A stretch of 20,000 nucleotides of DNA, taken from an uncultured virus (IMG/VR IMGVR_UViG_3300035208_003294). Taxonomy: Duplodnaviria > Heunggongvirae > Uroviricota > Caudoviricetes. Location of the stretch: the IMG/VR virus record IMGVR_UViG_3300035208_003294; one strand, given 5' to 3'. The notes beneath the pieces were generated by a model. The model saw only the letters and a program-made list of their open reading frames with translations. It was not told the DNA's origin and did not search any database. Both the position numbers and the translations under genes were made by a program. This document shows positions 17,009 to 20,000 of the stretch, piece by piece (the first letter of the stretch is position 1; every line of letters begins with the position of its first letter).

Positions 17009-18076
17009 TTAGACTTTCCTCCTGTTTGAAATCTTAGTGTAGACGTCGTCTACCATCTTCTGCGAGTCGGAGTCCCTAGTCAATCCGTCTGCAGAAATCT
17101 GCTTGCTTGACTTGTTCTCCTTCGCTATCTTCTCGATCTTCACATGCTCGTTCGTCAGGTCGCAAACCGTCATCTTCTCCAGTTGCTCCCTTGGCATGGA
17201 ATCGGTTATCGCCATGATCTTGCCTATAAGCTCTGTTTTCTTCTCTGCCATCAGCTCGTCCAGCTGCTTTGCCTTGGCTTCAAGATCAGAAACCTTCTTG
17301 ACCTGGGCCGCGTCATTGCTTATCTGGTTGATGGTCTTCGCCTGTGCCTTGATACCGCAGCCGTCAGCGAGACTGCATCTCCCCGATTTCACAATCGCCG
17401 TATGGTTCGAGAGCATGTTCGTCTGGACGTAGTCATACTTCTGGTCGTTGTAAACTCCAGGCTTCTTGACTATCTTGCAGTTGAATCCTAGAGAAACTTC
17501 TCTCGGGCCTTTCTCGTCTTGCATGAGCTTTATGGCTTCTGCCCCATCTATTTCAAAGTCCTGGATTATGGCGTTGTTGTATCTTGGATTCCTCACAAAA
17601 CCGTTTACTTCTGCAGGCTCTGTAACCATCCCTATTTTTGGGTGTTCGATAGTTATTGCATTCGCGTCCATGAATCTCACGGCCTTTTTGAGTTCCTCTG
17701 GATCCTTGAGGACTTTCTTACCATTATAGTCCTGCACACCGGGTTTGCATACGACTACATCAGGAATCACGAGTTTTGAATCTGCAAACCTGAAATTCTT
17801 GGAATCAAGAACTATGTCCACAGAATCATTCGCTATCAGAACCGATTCATCTGCAGAATCCATTGAACTTGTGAGCTCGGGTTCTGGATAAGCGGTTTCA
17901 GAAGTAGTTGTTGATTCGGTGCCTGTCGAAGCGGTCTCTTCCGCAGGAGAGATACTTGGTTCGCCTTCGGTTGCATTAGCTGACTGGTCGGTCCCAGCTT
18001 CGCTGTAAACTATGCCATCCTTATCGCACTTCACTGATCCTGAAATTTGTGACCAGGGAATGATAACTTCTACCAT
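17009..18076 (-). CDS. DUF2213-family prohead protease/scaffold protein
   Basis: KPGVQDY, PEEL, AITIEHP and REVSLGFNC...PGVY...YDYVQTNMLSNHTAIVKSGRC match DUF2213 motifs; coiled-coil scaffold C-terminus; acidic Ser/Thr-rich N-terminal extension. Confidence 0.85.
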   Translation of the reverse strand: MVEVIIPWSQISGSVKCDKDGIVYSEAGTDQSANATEGEPSISPAEETASTGTESTTTSETAYPEPELTSSMDSADESVLIANDSVDIVLDSKNFRFADSKLVIPDVVVCKPGVQDYNGKKVLKDPEELKKAVRFMDANAITIEHPKIGMVTEPAEVNGFVRNPRYNNAIIQDFEIDGAEAIKLMQDEKGPREVSLGFNCKIVKKPGVYNDQKYDYVQTNMLSNHTAIVKSGRCSLADGCGIKAQAKTINQISNDAAQVKKVSDLEAKAKQLDELMAEKKTELIGKIMAITDSMPREQLEKMTVCDLTNEHVKIEKIAKENKSSKQISADGLTRDSDSQKMVDDVYTKISNRRKV

Positions 18077-18099
18077 ATACTATATTTTATATGCCTTAG

Positions 18100-18108
18100 T
18101 TTAAATAC
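18100..18108. promoter_or_regulatory. Bidirectional archaeal TATA box
   Basis: TTTAAATA on + (about 20 nt before the CRISPR repeat) and TATTTAAA on - (about 23 nt before the ATG at 18076). Confidence 0.55.
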
Positions 18109-18127
18109 TTGTCGATTAATAATTAAC

Positions 18128-18217
18128 TATCGAGAAGTACATCCAGTAAAACAAGGATTGAAACACTATCGCTTGTAATAGGCTCTTTACTGTATCCAGT
18201 AAAACAAGTATTGAAAC
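18128..18217 (+). CRISPR. Mini-CRISPR unit: one ~37-nt repeat, one 29-nt spacer, one truncated 24-nt repeat
   Basis: ATCCAGTAAAACAAG[G/T]ATTGAAAC at 18141-18164 and 18194-18217 (23/24 identical), ending in the Cas6-type ATTGAAAC handle. The full copy TATCGAGAAGTACATCCAGTAAAACAAGGATTGAAAC resembles 37-nt archaeal class 1 repeats as I recall them. No cas genes in the window. Confidence 0.8.
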
Positions 18218-18229
18218 AAACAAACAAAT

Positions 18230-18478
18230 ATGATATGCCCAATCTGTGCCCAAAATGTGTTAAAGTGTGATGAATCTATGCAAAATATTGCAGATGATTG
18301 CTACTGCATAGAAGACAGAGGGCCTATTACCAGCACTTACAAACACGTAAATGAAGAATTTCTCGGTGAATTCTTAATGGGAGACGCTTCTACCTTCGTG
18401 ATCAAGGTCGCGCAACTAGGAGGAGTGCCAATAAAAAGAGTGCGCAAAATAGTAGAAACCAGCATGTTAAAACCTTGA
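18230..18478 (+). CDS. Small Cys-rich (Zn-binding) hypothetical protein downstream of the mini-CRISPR
   Basis: 82 aa; CPIC...C...CYC; ATG 12 nt after repeat 2; occupies an otherwise empty gap on the + strand. Confidence 0.6.
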   Translation: MICPICAQNVLKCDESMQNIADDCYCIEDRGPITSTYKHVNEEFLGEFLMGDASTFVIKVAQLGGVPIKRVRKIVETSMLKP

Positions 18479-18502
18479 AGTCGTCCTCTGCTTTTTCCAT
18501 TT

Positions 18503-18670
18503 CTATCTCAACGTTAATGCCACTACTATCAAGACAAAAGTTAATATTACAACTAGCACCCAATTTAGAAATCTGTTCACATCCTCAAAATTCTGTTCCT
18601 CTTCTGGTGACGGTTGGAATTTGTCGAATGCTTCCAGATTAGACCATTCCGGAATTTTTATTCGTTCCAT
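18503..18670 (-). CDS. Small single-TM membrane protein (55 aa)
   Basis: Probable start at ATG 18670 (MERIKIPEW...); C-terminal hydrophobic helix WVLVVILTFVLIVVALTLR. Confidence 0.55.
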   Translation of the reverse strand: MERIKIPEWSNLEAFDKFQPSPEEEQNFEDVNRFLNWVLVVILTFVLIVVALTLR

Positions 18671-19049
18671 CGTGTTTACTCCCAGTTGAAACGTTCTTTG
18701 GCCCCAACATTGCCAGGACAAGATTATTTAAGAAGACATTAGGGAAATGTGTTTCAGTCCCTATGCCGCTGGCCTGATATGCCCACTTACCAGCTTCTTC
18801 TATCTGCCTTGCGAAAATCTCCCTCTTAGCTAGGTCCTTTGAGAAGTCTAAAAGTGGCGGCGGAAGATCCCCGGCGGGTTGAATGCACCAGGCATCTACG
18901 GCTATTAAATCAATGGATGGTTCATCATCCTCTGTCATACGCCTTTCTGCCTGGCATAATTCGCACAATCCAACTTTGTGTTCCTGTGCTCCACTCAAAA
19001 CAAACCCGCAATCAAAACAGATTGCTTTACTTGCTTGCCTTTTTCGCAT
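18639..19049 (-). CDS. Zn-finger hypothetical protein
   Basis: CFDCG...CELC near the N-terminus; part of an overlapping gene chain. Confidence 0.6.
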   Translation of the reverse strand: MRKRQASKAICFDCGFVLSGAQEHKVGLCELCQAERRMTEDDEPSIDLIAVDAWCIQPAGDLPPPLLDFSKDLAKREIFARQIEEAGKWAYQASGIGTETHFPNVFLNNLVLAMLGPKNVSTGSKHDGTNKNSGMV

Positions 19050-19230
19050 TTTCGTTCATCTTTTTTACGTAAATAAATAGTTTCTGAGCCTTTAAATAGT
19101 TGTCATCATGGTTCAAACATGATTTCTCCGATTCGTGTAAAATCGAGGGATCAATTTCACAACGGAAATTGTCTCCCTCGACAAGGTGCAACGCCTTGCA
19201 TACCGGACAACGAACTACGTGCCAGAGCAT
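19027..19230 (-). CDS. Small Zn-ribbon hypothetical protein
   Basis: CPVC...C...C, 67 aa; overlaps both neighbours. Confidence 0.55.
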   Translation of the reverse strand: MLWHVVRCPVCKALHLVEGDNFRCEIDPSILHESEKSCLNHDDNYLKAQKLFIYVKKMNENAKKASK

Positions 19231-19538
19231 TCTTTGTTGGCCTCATCCGGTATCACTGTGAACTTTATCTCCACGCCCGTTGCTTCCCTGATTGCTTGCT
19301 CGATGTTGTCCTGGATGTCCACGTTGATGATAGACTTTGGGACCTCGCTCTGTGGGATGTTTATCTTCGCCTCGAGTGCCGGTCTTGTGAACAATTCAGC
19401 AGGCAAGTCTATGCGCAGCTTGATAGCCACTTCCCCAACCTCAAGCGCCGGAGAAGTCTTAGTCAATCGGGCCAGGAGTTCATTGTATCTTCCAGTCTTG
19501 CGCAGGATGATATGTCCGACATAAGAGAAAGGGGCCAT
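19215..19538 (-). CDS. Hypothetical phage protein
   Basis: 107 aa; starts 2 nt after the upstream stop; globular composition. Confidence 0.65.
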   Translation of the reverse strand: MAPFSYVGHIILRKTGRYNELLARLTKTSPALEVGEVAIKLRIDLPAELFTRPALEAKINIPQSEVPKSIINVDIQDNIEQAIREATGVEIKFTVIPDEANKECSGT

Positions 19539-19540
19539 TC

Positions 19541-19975
19541 TTAACCAAGGAGCTTGTTAACTCCTTTTATGCATTGCAAAGCATTTTCAACGTGTTTTAG
19601 TTCTTGTGGTTCAACTAAAAACTTTGAAAGTTCGTCTTGGACATTTGTAGTCAAAACCTTCAAAGCAATTGAAATCCCTTTATTCTCTATTAGATTAAAG
19701 TTCAAGCCCCTTAACTCTATTAATCTGACATCTTCAAGGACTTCTTTTGTCGTGACCTTCTCAAATGGGGGTCCCTGGTTATTGGGCTTCTCCCTTATCT
19801 GAGGAGCGCGATAACCATCTGAAAGCTTTGACTTATTTAGCTCCTTAACTCTTTCAGAAAGCGCATTTAGGTAAGCTTTTTTGTTTTCTTCGAAACCTCG
19901 CGAAGCATTTATTGGGGGCCATACCAGATCGTCTCTGTTGTACTGGGGTTTGGTATCTATCTGGATCCTCTTCAC
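19541..19975 (-). CDS. Hypothetical protein
   Basis: 144 aa from a GTG start (start uncertain); charged, helical. Confidence 0.55.
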   Translation of the reverse strand: MKRIQIDTKPQYNRDDLVWPPINASRGFEENKKAYLNALSERVKELNKSKLSDGYRAPQIREKPNNQGPPFEKVTTKEVLEDVRLIELRGLNFNLIENKGISIALKVLTTNVQDELSKFLVEPQELKHVENALQCIKGVNKLLG

Positions 19976-20000
19976 TGGCTTGGTTATGCCATGCGCACGC

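Larger units (their letters stand above)
1..20000. mobile_element. Segment of an archaeal virus/provirus (HK97-fold head module, surface glycoproteins, holin-like genes, mini-CRISPR)
   Basis: Gene order DUF2213-cement-cement-capsid-adaptors; tightly packed co-oriented genes; archaeal TATA boxes about 21-23 nt before start codons; no housekeeping genes. No integrase, terminase or portal in the window. Confidence 0.9.

Noticed and set aside
18128..18217. Full CRISPR-Cas immune locus
   Set aside because: Only two repeat copies, one truncated, and no cas genes among the flanking ORFs.
18214..18228. (AAAC)n run as a further degenerate CRISPR repeat
   Set aside because: A short microsatellite-like, A-rich leader before the ATG at 18230, without the repeat core.
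18671..18721. Longer start for the 18503..18721 ORF
   Set aside because: It overlaps the upstream gene extensively; ATG 18670 gives a more plausible protein.
9077..19802. Numerous + strand ORFs opposite the structural and right-end genes
   Set aside because: They lie antisense to well-supported genes and show no recognisable motifs.
1..20000. Complete DGR cassette (RT, template repeat, Avd)
   Set aside because: No ORF with RT motifs and no adenine-rich copy of the VR were seen in the window; only the target is supported.

Overview
The window reads as part of an archaeal virus or provirus genome. The host is probably DPANN-type; this is inferred from TATA-led leaderless genes and from sequon-dense, poly-Thr surface proteins. 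A long minus-strand operon (18076->~2356) encodes a DUF2213 prohead protease/scaffold, two paralogous cement-like proteins, an encapsulin-like HK97-fold major capsid protein, small virion proteins and two head-tail-adaptor-like proteins. Where tail genes would be expected, it encodes three large signal-peptide-bearing glycoproteins built from shuffled Ig-like scaffolds with different lectin-type domains inserted at the same loop. One insert is a C-type-lectin/FGE-fold domain with a clear diversity-generating retroelement (DGR) variable-region signature (5147-5260). It lies internally in the protein, and no RT or template repeat was seen in the window. Two holin-like membrane genes converge on a trypsin-like (Nal1-type) serine protease at the left end. 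Directly upstream of the structural operon, a bidirectional TATA box precedes a one-spacer mini-CRISPR unit (18128-18217). Its spacer is partly complementary to the adjacent 82-aa ORF. Small Zn-finger/hypothetical genes fill the right end. All family calls come from motif recognition by eye; no searches were run.
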